The position numbers and the translations under genes were made by a program. This document shows, piece after piece, positions 1 through 8,140 of a DNA stretch of 12,971 nucleotides (its first letter is position 1; every line of letters starts with the position of its first letter). The notes below the pieces were generated by a model. It was given only the letters and a program-made list of their open reading frames with translations. It was not told where the DNA came from and did not search any database. The DNA is from a virus (lineage: Duplodnaviria; Heunggongvirae; Uroviricota; Caudoviricetes): IMG/VR virus record IMGVR_UViG_2547132278_000011, positions 1-12,971 of that record; one strand, written 5' to 3'.

Positions 1-1060
<1,060 letters not shown>

Positions 1061-1111
1061 GTGTTTTTCTTTTGTGGTTTGGCAAAAGAAAAGTTGTTTC
1101 ACCAATGAATC

Positions 1112-1143
1112 AAGCGTGGAGGTGTTCTCCACGCTTATTTTTT
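1112..1143 (+). terminator. Intrinsic-terminator-like hairpin oriented for the plus strand (10-bp stem, 5-nt loop, then A + TTTTTT)
   Basis: aagcgtggag (1112-1121) / gtgtt / ctccacgctt (1127-1136), followed by a-tttttt (1137-1143). On the minus (coding) strand the hairpin is preceded by an A-run rather than followed by U's, so it would not be a canonical terminator for the helicase-primase transcript. Confidence 0.4.
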
Positions 1144-2482
1144 AGGTAACGTCTAAGATTCGCTCAATGAAGCGCATTTGTTCGAGGTTTTGTTTAACGC
1201 GAATGCTGATCCCTCCCTGCTGGTTACGCGAACCAGCAAAGTAGAGACGAGCCTCTCCTTTCGCTTCTTCTTCTTCGGTTTTGTTGATCGTTATTACCAG
1301 GTCAGCAATACGTACTTTTTCGATGTTGTCGGCAGCGTGCATCATTGTGGCAACTTCTGACGCGCCACCTTCACGGTTTGTTTGCGACGCCGTGATACCA
1401 GCAACGTTATGCTTGTCATAAAGAGCACGTAAATCGGTGTAGATACTACGAATGTTGGCGCGATCATCACGAAGGTCATAACTGGCACGCATCAAATCTG
1501 CGTAGTCGACAACAACCATGTCAGGCACCATGCCATTGGCTTTCATACTGTTAAGCATACGGTCCAGATCTGCCGGTGACATACTTCCTGACGGACGCTC
1601 AACAACCCACAAACTACCAATACCCTTCGTAGCTCCCAACTCTGCCAACTTGCGATGAACTTCATCGCGCCGTTCCACCAGCTTGGACATTTCCGTCTCC
1701 GACAATCTTGCATCAAAACGGTCGGATAAAATGGTGGTGTGAACCTCCAGCGAGAGATACAGAACATTGTAGCCAGCAAGTGTTGCGTTTATGGAAAACT
1801 CACCCATTGCGGTCGATTTACCGGATTTAGCGAACCCCATGAAGAGCACCATTTCGCGCTTTGCCCAGCCTTTTTGGTACAGCAATCTATCAAGCAGAGG
1901 GAGTCCAGTTGTAATGCTGTTTGGCACATACTCCTCTGAAGCCTCATATTCACGCGCTTTCAATCGCTCACTTGCGGAGGTGTAGTAGTCATAGATTCCG
2001 GTCGCTTCGTTCGAGCCTATCTGCTGAACCTTGGCCATGATTGCCATCGCCCCCTGAAAGTCGCCCTTCTCTTTCAGTTCAGCAGCTTTAATCAGAGCAT
2101 CATCAAACGCTACACTTTTTGCGAATGTGGATACCTGGTCAACCATGTACGAGGTATCGGACAATTTTTCTGCAAGAATGCGCTTAAACGCAGCAACAAC
2201 ATCGGCGAATAGTTCCTCACGGATAGTCTTATCGCGTTTCGCACGCTTAAGCATATCCAGAATTGCAGATGAAGAGGGCGCGCTCTTGTACATACGGTAA
2301 TAGCCCGAAACCATATTAACCAATATGGCATTGGCCGCATTGGCAAATTGGCTAGGCACAACCAGATCTCCCGCACGAGTAAGAAACTCGTGATCACGAC
2401 AAAAATATGCCGTCAGTCTGTTCTGGAAATCTTCATCAAACTCTTCGGACAGCCCGCGTCCTGTATGGCAAAGTTCGGTCAT
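1142..2482 (-). CDS. DnaB-family replicative DNA helicase (RecA-fold ATPase)
   Basis: 446-aa ORF. Walker A FMGFAKSGKSTA followed by LYLSLEV (DnaB H1/H1a pattern), Walker B MVVVDYADLM, ITASQTNREG motif. ATG at 2482 with AAGGAA 7 nt upstream. Confidence 0.8.
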   Translation of the reverse strand: MTELCHTGRGLSEEFDEDFQNRLTAYFCRDHEFLTRAGDLVVPSQFANAANAILVNMVSGYYRMYKSAPSSSAILDMLKRAKRDKTIREELFADVVAAFKRILAEKLSDTSYMVDQVSTFAKSVAFDDALIKAAELKEKGDFQGAMAIMAKVQQIGSNEATGIYDYYTSASERLKAREYEASEEYVPNSITTGLPLLDRLLYQKGWAKREMVLFMGFAKSGKSTAMGEFSINATLAGYNVLYLSLEVHTTILSDRFDARLSETEMSKLVERRDEVHRKLAELGATKGIGSLWVVERPSGSMSPADLDRMLNSMKANGMVPDMVVVDYADLMRASYDLRDDRANIRSIYTDLRALYDKHNVAGITASQTNREGGASEVATMMHAADNIEKVRIADLVITINKTEEEEAKGEARLYFAGSRNQQGGISIRVKQNLEQMRFIERILDVT

Positions 2483-2525
2483 GTGCTTTCCTTTGTTTTT
2501 TAAACAAATTGTTTTCTAGTATTAG

Positions 2526-3266
2526 TTAATTAGATAGGGGATCAATAAACCGCCGTGCTTCTTCCAGTTCTTCTGGAAAGTGGTCGGAAATAAGGCGCTC
2601 TGGAACGATTTCCATTAGCCAGATAGCGGAGAAAATTGCGCGTATGCGCTTGCTGCGAGGGATGGTGCGCAAACGCTCCAGAATCCACTCAAAATAGCTT
2701 TCCTGGATCGGGTTGAACTGCATGTCTCCTATATGCTTAAAGCTAACCAGAGAGTCATCCAGACGGGTTGTTGCGCGTCTGGCTAATTTCTCTTCAAATA
2801 TCTCAATCAGTTCTGGCTGCCACAAATGCTGTGGGCGAGGCAGCTTGTCCCACAGACGTCGTGCAGCTGCGGAAAGAACGGTGGAGATAAAGTAGTCGTA
2901 TGAGCAGCAATAGCGGTCAGCAAACTGGCGTGATTTCCATAGCGACGTTTTATTGGCAGTCGACAACTCCTGATAAGGCAGGCGTTTTAACCCGGTGGTG
3001 AACGGAGCTGTTTCAAAGTGTTCGCGACCGTGCGTCAGCATGATATTTGAGTACTGACGTTTGTATGCCTCCGTAAACAGACAGGTGGCCATAAGAGGAT
3101 GCATGTCGCGGTAATCAAACCACTTCGTATCGAAGAGTTCAGCCTCGTCTTTGCAGCGCGACAAACCAATGTTTTCAGCAACCCACTTATCCATAACAGC
3201 GGTATTCCACTCTGTCATGAAGTCGTACTGGTCGTTGTCGATGGTGTCGAAAAAGATTTGGCTCAT
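2526..3266 (-). CDS. Hypothetical protein, first gene of the replication operon (possible helicase-associated factor; function unknown)
   Basis: 246-aa ORF taken from the ATG at 3266 (AGGTGA 6 nt upstream) rather than the GTG at 3275 in the ORF track. Ends 43 nt before the helicase start on the same strand. No recognisable motifs. Confidence 0.5.
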   Translation of the reverse strand: MSQIFFDTIDNDQYDFMTEWNTAVMDKWVAENIGLSRCKDEAELFDTKWFDYRDMHPLMATCLFTEAYKRQYSNIMLTHGREHFETAPFTTGLKRLPYQELSTANKTSLWKSRQFADRYCCSYDYFISTVLSAAARRLWDKLPRPQHLWQPELIEIFEEKLARRATTRLDDSLVSFKHIGDMQFNPIQESYFEWILERLRTIPRSKRIRAIFSAIWLMEIVPERLISDHFPEELEEARRFIDPLSN

Positions 3267-3444
3267 GTGGCTCACCTGGTAGGTAGTTACTTACTTATCA
3301 CAATGAGCTGATGATAGCGATTGGTGGCAGTTTTTGGAAGTGGAAACGGAAGGGAGTTGTTCTGGTGGGTATCTTTTGAAAGACCTGCTTCCGTATATTT
3401 AATAAGTTACTTATTATTTATATACAGAAACAGGTCATGAATAC

Positions 3445-5139
3445 TTAATTATTAAGCAATCTGCTCACACGTAGTTTGTTAAGACTTGATCTAGAGGCCA
3501 GTTTCGTTAATGCACCTATTGCTTTATTCGTGATTTTTTGCTGTTCTTCTGTTAGTTCTTGCATACTTTTGAATCTGAGCAACCCCTTTCTCACTAAATC
3601 CAAAGCATCCTGATTGCGGGATAATATCCACTTTAAATAATCATCTTCAGAGAAACTGTTAAGATATGCTATGTCACTATGATTAAATTTGCCTTCAATT
3701 ATTTTGTATAAAACATTCTCTAAATTAGTCTCTTCAGGCTTCTTATCCATCAATTTTTTTTGAATTAGCAGACCTAACTTTTCGTTACCAAATATCTCTA
3801 CATACAAATTCCGAAAAGCAGTATAAGCATCATCTTGGCTAACAAAGGCATCTGCATATGCCTCTATATAACTATCACAATCAATCTCCAATCTATTTAA
3901 GATATCAATCAAGCCTATGAAGTGAGCAACAGGTATGTGTGAAAGATTGTCGTTAATTACACATTTTATCTTAGAAATAAACTCAGATTCATTGTCCTTG
4001 AATGAGTCACTAAAAATATCCCAAACATTGTTAACCTCACATAAAGCCTTGTGTTCTTTATATTGTTTATTTTTTTCTTCTATTATACCTCGAATATTGC
4101 TTTCAGTAGAAAGATAACCATTCTTGAGATAAAAATCTATGTCATCATCGAAAGCAATTTCCGCTCGTTCATAAATAATATCAAGACTATTAATAAATGA
4201 ATATACAGAATCATCCTTTTTATCATCTAACATGTAATCAAATACATGTATGTTTTTAATTGATTCTTTAAACAAGGCATAATCAACACCTGGAACACCA
4301 GAATAGTAAACCACTGAAAACAGAACCAATCTATTGATAAAACTTTCTCTAACCTTATCCTCTGCCAAGCTTAGCTCATTCCTAAGATTAACCAGAGATG
4401 TTTTTATTTTATTTAATATACGGATATTTTTAATGCCTAAGTCATTTGCTAAGACTTTTAACAAAAGAAAATCAGAATCAGTTTCATAAAAAACTTTACG
4501 TAAGTTCTTCTCAGGCGTAGGATCGTATTTTATTTCGACATCAATTACTTTTTCTCTGTACTCTAAAAACTGTTTTTTTGCAGTTTCATCATGTAAATTA
4601 TCTTCATTTAAAATTAGAACAACTTTGCAACCTTTTCTTCTTGCTAATTCATCAATTACCCCCATAATTTCTTTAACTTCTAGCGAATTACCTTTTCTTT
4701 CAACATCATCAATACAAACCAAATAATTATTAACAAATTTATACTCAAGAGATGACAGCAGGTTATCTGTTTTGAACCCAAAAAAATCGTTCTTTCCGAA
4801 ATGTATTAAAAATTTTGACAAGGAGTTGTATTTCAACCATCCCCAAAACCCATTTCTATAACGAATCATAGTTCGATCCGTTTCAGATAAAATTAGTTCT
4901 TTATATTTCTTTTCATTAATTGGTGTGGCACAATGATAAAGAGTTTTTTTAATATCACCAATAGAGTTAACCCCAAACAAAGAAACATACGAATATGCAT
5001 TAAAATCTAATCCTTCAGAATGCTTAGTATAAAAACTATTCCAATAATGAGTTTTACCAACGCCCCAATCTCCTTTTATGACGGCAACCCGATGATCTGA
5101 AACTAGAAAATTTTTTAGAAATGATTCTATCGATTCCAT
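3445..5139 (-). CDS. KAP-like P-loop NTPase, soluble, with a ~370-aa C-terminal helical domain of unknown function; candidate horizontally acquired defence/abortive-infection gene
   Basis: 564 aa from the ATG at 5139 (the ORF-track start at 5148 is TTG). Walker A VIKGDWGVGKTHYW (KAP-type G-x-WG-x-GKT), Walker B-like LVCIDDVERK, then VVLILNED. No hydrophobic transmembrane helices between Walker A and B. Sampled 60-nt lines give 23-25% G+C (for example 4381-4440 = 14/60) against about 53% in the neighbouring parA region (5701-5760 = 32/60). Confidence 0.65.
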   Translation of the reverse strand: MESIESFLKNFLVSDHRVAVIKGDWGVGKTHYWNSFYTKHSEGLDFNAYSYVSLFGVNSIGDIKKTLYHCATPINEKKYKELILSETDRTMIRYRNGFWGWLKYNSLSKFLIHFGKNDFFGFKTDNLLSSLEYKFVNNYLVCIDDVERKGNSLEVKEIMGVIDELARRKGCKVVLILNEDNLHDETAKKQFLEYREKVIDVEIKYDPTPEKNLRKVFYETDSDFLLLKVLANDLGIKNIRILNKIKTSLVNLRNELSLAEDKVRESFINRLVLFSVVYYSGVPGVDYALFKESIKNIHVFDYMLDDKKDDSVYSFINSLDIIYERAEIAFDDDIDFYLKNGYLSTESNIRGIIEEKNKQYKEHKALCEVNNVWDIFSDSFKDNESEFISKIKCVINDNLSHIPVAHFIGLIDILNRLEIDCDSYIEAYADAFVSQDDAYTAFRNLYVEIFGNEKLGLLIQKKLMDKKPEETNLENVLYKIIEGKFNHSDIAYLNSFSEDDYLKWILSRNQDALDLVRKGLLRFKSMQELTEEQQKITNKAIGALTKLASRSSLNKLRVSRLLNN

Positions 5140-5160
5140 TAGTATCAATCCTTTAATTCA

Positions 5161-5189
5161 TATATTGGGCGTAACAAACGCCCAATATA
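5161..5189. repeat. Perfect 11-bp inverted repeat with 7-bp spacer (tatattgggcg-taacaaa-cgcccaatata) between the partition-gene stop and the NTPase start
   Basis: Read directly: 5161-5171 is the exact reverse complement of 5179-5189. Lies 2 nt past the stop of the 5191-5550 gene and 22-50 nt upstream of the ATG at 5139. Not followed by a clean U-tract on either strand. Confidence 0.9.
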
Positions 5190-5190
5190 A

Positions 5191-5550
5191 TCAACCTTTC
5201 TTCATCAACTCTCGTTTAATTTCATCGGTACGCATCGTAACGTCGGCAGCTGTGATCGCCTCGTTAAGCTTCACGATGTCCTCGATTTCCTGCGGTGACT
5301 TCTCTGCCAGATGGAAAATGGCTGCTCGAATCACGTCAGAACGAGTGAACTTCTCGAAGCGAGGGATGAACTTCATCATCTCCAGCAGTTCGAAGTATTC
5401 GTCTTCCAGTGACATTGTGCGGCTTTTAATTTTCTCTTTGCCACGAGTCGGGCGTCCCTGTGGTCTGACTGGTTGGCGCAAAGGAGTTGTGTTCTTAGCC
5501 GGTGCATCAGGCTCTTTGCGCTTTGCTAGGTCACCCATTTTCATGGACAT
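5191..5550 (-). CDS. Small partition/centromere-binding-like protein (ParG-like, putative ribbon-helix-helix) coupled to ParA
   Basis: 119 aa. Basic, Pro/Arg-rich flexible N-terminus (KRKEPDAPAKNTTPLRQPVRPQGRPTRGKEK) followed by a possible RHH segment (RTMSLEDEYFELLEMM). Its ATG overlaps the parA stop by one base (TAATG at 5548-5552). Confidence 0.55.
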   Translation of the reverse strand: MSMKMGDLAKRKEPDAPAKNTTPLRQPVRPQGRPTRGKEKIKSRTMSLEDEYFELLEMMKFIPRFEKFTRSDVIRAAIFHLAEKSPQEIEDIVKLNEAITAADVTMRTDEIKRELMKKG

Positions 5551-6218
5551 TATTCTTCTTCCTCCAGACTCAACAGATAATCTACAAATTCTTCAAACTC
5601 GGCTTCCGCCTTTTTGTCGCGCTCGCTACCGGTCATTTCAAAGATAGAACGACCAGACTCTTCCGCATCATCATAGACGTTGCGGTTATATAGATTGACT
5701 GGCGCAGACTCGATGCCAAACGTCTCAACAATCTCTTTAGCCGCCAGAATGCGAGACACTTGTGATGGCAAAGCCGGGCACTGGTTCATGACCGCGCGGA
5801 CCTTCACTTTATCGTTTACATTGCGAACATTGTCGATAATAGGATCGATGTCACGTAAAGATTTCAAATCACGACGCTTAGGACGCAGCGGGATAATGAT
5901 AACGTCAGCCATCAGCATCGCTTGTCGCTGAATTTCGGAGTCGAAGCCACCAGCATCTACCACTACAAACTCAGCTCTACCCTGAAGCGATTTTAGGTGC
6001 TTAATGATGTCATCCTGAACGTATGCAAAAGGAATCAGCTCAAGGTCTTCGTTCTGTCGACGGTCTTCACACCAGCTTGTTGTCGTGCGCTGAATATCTA
6101 TATCAGTGATATAAACCTTCTTCTTCTTTTTGACTTTCAGGCAAACGGCAATTTGCTGGGCAACGGTGGATTTGCCAGGCCCGCCCTTTGTGCCGCCAAC
6201 CACAAAGATCTTGGTCAT
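5550..6218 (-). CDS. parA: ParA/MinD-family partition ATPase (small type Ib-like ParA)
   Basis: 222 aa. Deviant Walker A VVGGTKGGPGKSTVA near the N-terminus, FVVVDAGG Walker B-like motif, acidic C-terminus. AAGGGA about 9 nt upstream of the ATG at 6216-6218. Confidence 0.8.
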   Translation of the reverse strand: MTKIFVVGGTKGGPGKSTVAQQIAVCLKVKKKKKVYITDIDIQRTTTSWCEDRRQNEDLELIPFAYVQDDIIKHLKSLQGRAEFVVVDAGGFDSEIQRQAMLMADVIIIPLRPKRRDLKSLRDIDPIIDNVRNVNDKVKVRAVMNQCPALPSQVSRILAAKEIVETFGIESAPVNLYNRNVYDDAEESGRSIFEMTGSERDKKAEAEFEEFVDYLLSLEEEE

Positions 6219-6366
6219 TGGAGAGTTCCCTTTGCGTATATAATTATCGTCTGAAACAACTTGTTTTCTTATATGTGATATAGCCTAAATGCCTACGGCT
6301 GTGGTGTAAAGGTTAAATGGTAGGTGCTGCCTTAGAATTTTTAGGCGAGAATCAATGGCTGTTAAC

Positions 6367-6389
6367 AAAAAAGGCGACCAAAGTCGCCT
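6367..6389 (-). terminator. Rho-independent terminator for the minus-strand two-gene operon
   Basis: GC-rich stem ggcgac (6373-6378) / gtcgcc (6383-6388) with a 4-nt loop; on the minus strand it is followed by UUUUUU (6372-6367), directly after the stop of the 250-aa gene at 6395-6397. An A-run/T-run on both sides means it could act in both directions. Confidence 0.6.
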
Positions 6390-6394
6390 GATTT

Positions 6395-7147
6395 TTAATC
6401 TTTTAGGTATAAACCTACTGGAGTTCTTGTTTTGCGGGAGATGATAAGTACGATAAATTTCTGAACGTTAACTTGCACTTTGTTTGGGAGCCAAGAGCTT
6501 AACTCTGCATCAAGCAACAATCCTCTGTTCCACGGCAAAAATCCGGTTTCTTTCCCCATCCCGTACTCACCTAACACATCCTCGAACGTTTCTGTTTTGG
6601 CATTGTATATACGCACATCGCCGGTTCGCATGAGAGGCCCTGCCCAGATCTTAGCACCAGGAATGGTTTGTGTATCGTCGCAGACTAAATGCTCATACCA
6701 ATGAAGAAGAAAGAGATAGGTACGGTGACACAATCCTCGCTGACGACGCTCTCTGACAGTTTCGACACCGGCTACCTGGTAACATTCGATCTCATTACCG
6801 TCTTCAACAAAACTATATTCACGCAGAGCTATCCTACCAGCGATCGTATTTTTGTTTTCGTCCAGAAGCCCGGACTGGAGCACCTCTTTGATAATCTCTT
6901 CTTCAGGGGCATCTTCATCCGCTCGATCTAAGATGAATTCGCTCAGGTCGCCTTGGTCGCGCGCACCTACAAGTTCCATAGAGACATACAGGCAAATGTC
7001 ATCTTCTGGTTCAATGATTTCAATTTCTGAGATTTTATAGAGGGAGGCTTCATTGATAAGAAAGCCAAAACGAACAACACGAGTCTCCCCTTTATGAGGA
7101 AACTCGCTTAGATCTTTTGAATATGCGCTATCTAGTGTAGGAGCCAT
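6395..7147 (-). CDS. Hypothetical protein (250 aa), second gene of an insulated two-gene operon
   Basis: ATG at 7145-7147 lies 16 nt inside the 3' end of the upstream 127-aa gene (overlap ATGGCTCCTACACTAG), with an in-frame TGA 12 nt before it, so this is a separate, translationally coupled ORF. Acidic N-terminal third (DRADEDAPEEE). No recognisable catalytic motifs. Confidence 0.6.
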   Translation of the reverse strand: MAPTLDSAYSKDLSEFPHKGETRVVRFGFLINEASLYKISEIEIIEPEDDICLYVSMELVGARDQGDLSEFILDRADEDAPEEEIIKEVLQSGLLDENKNTIAGRIALREYSFVEDGNEIECYQVAGVETVRERRQRGLCHRTYLFLLHWYEHLVCDDTQTIPGAKIWAGPLMRTGDVRIYNAKTETFEDVLGEYGMGKETGFLPWNRGLLLDAELSSWLPNKVQVNVQKFIVLIISRKTRTPVGLYLKD

Positions 7148-7515
7148 TTTGTAGCAGAATCATCAGCCTTAACCGTGCTGACAATGCTACCATGATTGCG
7201 TAAGAAGCGGCGAATAGAATGTTCAATAACCTCCGAAAAAGCCTCGATAAAACGAGACAGCTCAGGGTACTGTTTAGCTGGCTTGACTACAAAACGAACA
7301 CGACCATTCAGGTAAATTGCTTCAGCTAATGGCTTCACGCTTGCACCAGCGCGCTCAACATCGTCTTTGAAGGTAACGATGAAGCGTGAGTCTTCCGGTT
7401 CAATAGCGTCATTATTGAGCTTACGTACTTCAAGCTTGTGCTGATTCAGCACATGAGTCTCGATAATACTCGTGCAATCGCGAATAGTTTGTATAGAACG
7501 TTTCTCGTTCAGCAT
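7132..7515 (-). CDS. Hypothetical protein (127 aa), first gene of the two-gene operon
   Basis: ATG at 7513-7515 with a strong Shine-Dalgarno AAGGTGG about 5 nt upstream. Preceded by a ~225-nt non-coding leader containing three hairpins. No recognisable motifs. Confidence 0.6.
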   Translation of the reverse strand: MLNEKRSIQTIRDCTSIIETHVLNQHKLEVRKLNNDAIEPEDSRFIVTFKDDVERAGASVKPLAEAIYLNGRVRFVVKPAKQYPELSRFIEAFSEVIEHSIRRFLRNHGSIVSTVKADDSATKWLLH

Positions 7516-7622
7516 GTGTCCACCTTAGCCGTTAACACAAGTGTCATTGCGGCACCCCTCTCGGGGTTGAAGGCTACGAGGATGCGTAGCCTGTATGTGC
7601 CCACTTACGTGGATGCCTAATA

Positions 7623-7651
7623 AATCTACATCAAATTACTAAATGATTCAA
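7623..7651 (-). promoter_or_regulatory. Candidate sigma70 promoter for the 127-aa/250-aa operon
   Basis: On the minus strand: TTGAAT (plus 7646-7651), 17-nt spacer, TAGATT (plus 7623-7628). Sits in AT-rich sequence about 110 nt upstream of the 7515 start. Pattern match only. Confidence 0.25.
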
Positions 7652-7739
7652 CATGAGCTTGAGTGAACAGGCGTGTATATGAGTGAAGATGCCATCTTTA
7701 GGATAAAAGGTAAACTGAGACCACTCATCAATCATCGAC

Positions 7740-7967
7740 TCAGTTCAGGTGCCCCCACTCACACAGCCTTTCACCTATCGTATTGTGGATAAGCAACTGT
7801 CGCTCCGTTTCCTCAGTCATAAAATCCTCTCTACTCACATAAATAGGATTTGCAGCATCGCAGAATAGCACGCCTGGAGCCTGCGTCTTAATCACGCACC
7901 CATTTATCAAACAGCTCGCGATGAACACCAGAGGCATCTTTTTGCCGCACTTCATTAACCGTTTCAT
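7740..7967 (-). CDS. Putative o-spanin-like outer-membrane lipoprotein (Rz1-like), overlapping the 3' end of the upstream gene in a different frame
   Basis: From the internal ATG at 7965-7967: MKRLMKCGKKMPLVFIASC... gives a basic n-region, a short hydrophobic core and a lipobox-like IASC. The mature part carries extra Cys residues. Overlaps 7888-7967 of the i-spanin-like gene out of frame. Start uncertain (ATGs also at 7976, 7955, 7937). Confidence 0.4.
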   Translation of the reverse strand: MKRLMKCGKKMPLVFIASCLINGCVIKTQAPGVLFCDAANPIYVSREDFMTEETERQLLIHNTIGERLCEWGHLN

Positions 7968-8139
7968 TTTTGACATCCACTGTGCTTTGAAGTCGTTTTC
8001 TGTCTTCCTGTTTTGCCTTCTCTTCCATTGCTCGTCGCGCCGCATTCCCGCCCATCGTGTAAGCGCCGACAAGAACGAAAAGAACGGCAGCCAGCGTAAT
8101 CAAAGCAACTTTTAGCTTTGTCATCAGGCTGCCTAGCAT
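7888..8139 (-). CDS. Putative i-spanin-like protein (Rz-like): N-terminal transmembrane anchor plus charged helical periplasmic region
   Basis: 83 aa. N-terminal hydrophobic helix LKVALITLAAVLFVLVGAY followed by a highly charged segment (RRAMEEKAKQEDRKRLQ...). ATG 1 nt after the stop of the upstream gene (TAATATG). A nested out-of-frame lipoprotein ORF is typical of overlapped spanin pairs. Confidence 0.45.
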   Translation of the reverse strand: MLGSLMTKLKVALITLAAVLFVLVGAYTMGGNAARRAMEEKAKQEDRKRLQSTVDVKNETVNEVRQKDASGVHRELFDKWVRD

Positions 8140-8140
8140 A

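Noticed and set aside
1130-1132. GTG start of the primase-like ORF given by the ORF track
   Set aside because: It lies inside the stem of the 1112-1136 hairpin, has no Shine-Dalgarno, and would place the zinc ribbon about 85 residues from the N-terminus. A downstream start (ATG 1060 or GTG 994) is more plausible.
1543-2397. Minus-strand ORFs 1543-1779 and 2110-2397 nested in the helicase gene
   Set aside because: They are alternative frames inside the DnaB-like helicase ORF, with Cys/Trp/Arg-rich composition typical of out-of-frame translation.
3286-3412. 9-bp direct repeat agttactta at 3286-3294 and 3404-3412 as a possible target-site duplication of the AT-rich island
   Set aside because: Both copies lie on the same side of the island, in AT-rich sequence where such matches occur by chance; they do not flank the cargo.
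5165-5647. 160-aa plus-strand ORF
   Set aside because: It lies entirely antisense to the well-supported ParG-like and parA genes, has no recognisable motifs or ribosome-binding site, and has low-complexity Ser/Arg-rich composition typical of antisense frames.
6219-6366. Region upstream of parA searched for iterated centromere or operator repeats
   Set aside because: I could not identify convincing direct or inverted repeat arrays by eye; a centromere may still be present but cannot be supported from inspection.
6395-7147. HxxEH (HWYEHL) motif in the 250-aa protein as evidence for an inverzincin-type metallopeptidase
   Set aside because: A five-residue pattern in a 250-aa protein, with no downstream conserved Glu context that I can verify and a size far below M16 peptidases, is too weak; left as unknown function.
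7516-7739. Intergenic region examined for a tRNA or small structured RNA gene
   Set aside because: No cloverleaf-compatible arrangement or T-loop consensus (GTTCGAAT-like) was found; the hairpins are better explained as an mRNA leader.
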